Shown piece after piece: positions 62,239 to 64,000 of a stretch of 64,000 bases of DNA (positions are counted from its first letter, which is position 1; each line of letters begins with the position of its first letter). The notes beneath the pieces were generated by a model, which saw nothing but the letters and a program-made list of their open reading frames with translations, searched no databases and was not told the origin of the DNA. Origin of the DNA: Nemertoderma westbladi (taxonomy: Eukaryota > Animalia > Xenacoelomorpha); the NCBI GenBank assembly GCA_032718475.1, contig JAUCBJ010008381.1:6157-70156 (forward strand). The letters are read 5' to 3'. A program made the position numbers and the translations under genes.

Positions 62239-63008
62239 GCTCGTTACTGCGAACCGCTAGTCGCGGCGCGCCATCTGGCGGTGGAGCCGCGCACAGCACT
62301 GTGGATGGGGCGCCACCTAGCGTCGAACTCAAGCAACAAGTTAGCGAACTGGACGGCAAGTACAAAGCCGTGATGATACTAAACAGCCAGTTAGATATCG
62401 AGAAAACCAATTTAACCCACCAAATTGAGGCTCTGAAAGACCGTTTAGTGGAGAATTCCGAAACGCAGAAAGAGATAGTTAGGGATTTTCGGAATAAAAA
62501 ACAGAGTTTTGAGTTACTGAAACAGGAACAGAAGGGAGTTTTGTTTGAGAATGCGAATCTAAAAGAGGCTTTGCGAGTCCGTGAACAGTTAATAGCAGAT
62601 CGGGGGTTGGTGTTCGTGGGGGGTCATCTAGAAACATCGGACCAATCAGAGAGCTCCTCCTCAGCCGCCATCATTAATCGAGACACCGCGGAACTCTTGT
62701 CCTCACTAGGGGGCGCCGCCGAGGAGTCCCTGGACGAGCGCCTCTCGCGGTTGGTGACGGAACGCGCGGATCTGGTTGCCACGGTGGCGCGTCTCACCGG
62801 GGACTTGGAGCGGGAGCGACAGCGCTCCGAGGTGCGGGAGAAGTTGGGGGCCGCCCCGGTTGTGACGTCATCGTCGTCGGCCCACCAGCGGGTTGCCGAG
62901 GAACACCGCGCCGAGAGGAAACAACTGCAGGAGATGAAGTTTAAACTCAATAAATCCGATCAGGAGGTCGTGATTCTAGAAGGGACTGTGAAACGTCTAG
63001 AGGACCAG
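62239..63008 (+). CDS. LRRFIP2: LRRFIP1/2-like, coding exon 3 (coiled coil); gene continues beyond the window
   Basis: KYKAVMILNSQLDIEKTNLTHQIEALKD, LDERLSRL and MKFKLNKSDQEVVILEGTVKRLEDQ match the LRRFIP coiled coil; acceptor TCTGCAG is phase-compatible with exon 2; donor CAG|GTTAGT. Confidence 0.9.
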
Positions 63009-63241
63009 GTTAGTCGGAAATCTAAATGAGATTTGGTGTTTATATTTTTATACAGAATGTTTATCATAATGTCTGGTTAGAATTTTTGTTTTCTCAGAGA
63101 AACATTGAATAACAAAAATATTTATTGGCGATTTGTGATTTAGTCGGGTAACAATTACTAGCCCCCTCAAAACGTTGAGATATTCCACAGTAGGTGTAGG
63201 AGGTCGTATCATTCCAATGCTGGCATTTCTAATTTCCTTAA

Positions 63242-64000
63242 CCCTATTAAACCCTGGGGAGGGGGGACAATGTGACCCCCCCCCACCCCCTTGTTTTTTG
63301 TTATAATTAACTAACTCTAAACTAACTGAACTCTAACTCTGAAACAATCGCAGTAGGGAATCTGAAATTTTATGACTTTTCCTAAAAATCTATTGTCTTC
63401 CTAATAGTGAAAACGGTTTTCAAAAATATTGGGTAGTTTTCGAGTTATAGCACCATTTTTTAACCCTACTTTTGGCACTTTTTTTTGAGGCGTTTTTTCA
63501 AAATTACATTTCATGAAATATGATTTGTAACATCTCTATTTTTGGTTTACATCGGTTTTTTGGTGTTAGCAATTGGATGGAATTCATTCATATAAATAAA
63601 TTTAGAAATTTCAACTTGTTTTTTCGGCAGGTGCCAATTTCGGTGCCAGCACCAAATTTTGAAACATGTCAAATTTGTAAATTGAATGTTTGAGCCTGTT
63701 TTTTGCGCAATAGGGGTTTTTTGGGGTCCTGATTTCGATGGAATATATACGAGTTGCACCAGGCGTATCAAACTTGTCATTTTCGGCGCTGTGTGCAAAA
63801 TTTGGTGACAGCCCAAAATTTTGAAAATCCATTCAATAGTTCAATTGATTGAGACAACTTATTTCTCGCGTTTTAGATGTTTATGGCGGTTCTGAATTCA
63901 ATGGAATTAATAATTGTCTAACTAGACATCGGAAACGTGTATTTTCAGAAGATTGTGTAACATTTGGTGCTAGCACCAAATTTTGAAAACCATCAAATAT
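63242..64000 (+). mobile_element. piggyBac-like non-autonomous element (runs off the window)
   Basis: TTAA|CCCTATTAAACCC start; homologous to 54211 onward. Confidence 0.55.

Overview
AT-rich, repeat-dense metazoan (probably invertebrate) genomic DNA; nothing prokaryotic and no CRISPR. Host genes: (1) two tandem paralogous two-exon genes on the minus strand (2285-2898, 17600-18291), missed by the ORF track. Each encodes a ~105-107 aa secreted 10-Cys peptide (signal peptide, mature start LRC, C-terminus C-x-x-D-L-C-N-stop), i.e. Ly6/uPAR three-finger-like with no GPI tail; their exon 2 differs only by amino-acid-changing substitutions. (2) The first three coding exons of an LRRFIP1/2-like gene (57454-63008, +). 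The peptide genes lie in a duplicated unit: 1-5210 corresponds to 15182-53360, the second copy being expanded by ~33 kb of nested transposons. These include two related BEL/Pao LTR elements (one non-autonomous Gag-protease element with apparently identical LTRs, one frameshifted near-full element), TA-targeting TIR elements, Harbinger-type MITEs and a young RTE LINE. Both BEL elements lack a tRNA-type PBS and instead carry an 11-12 nt PBS-position sequence complementary to a site in their own LTR (candidate self-priming), plus a non-env accessory ORF region (zinc-knuckle ORF in the first element, degenerate remnant in the second). Other features: a scrambled minimal hammerhead ribozyme, SINE-derived satellites and many TA-flanked excision footprints. 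All comparisons were made by eye.
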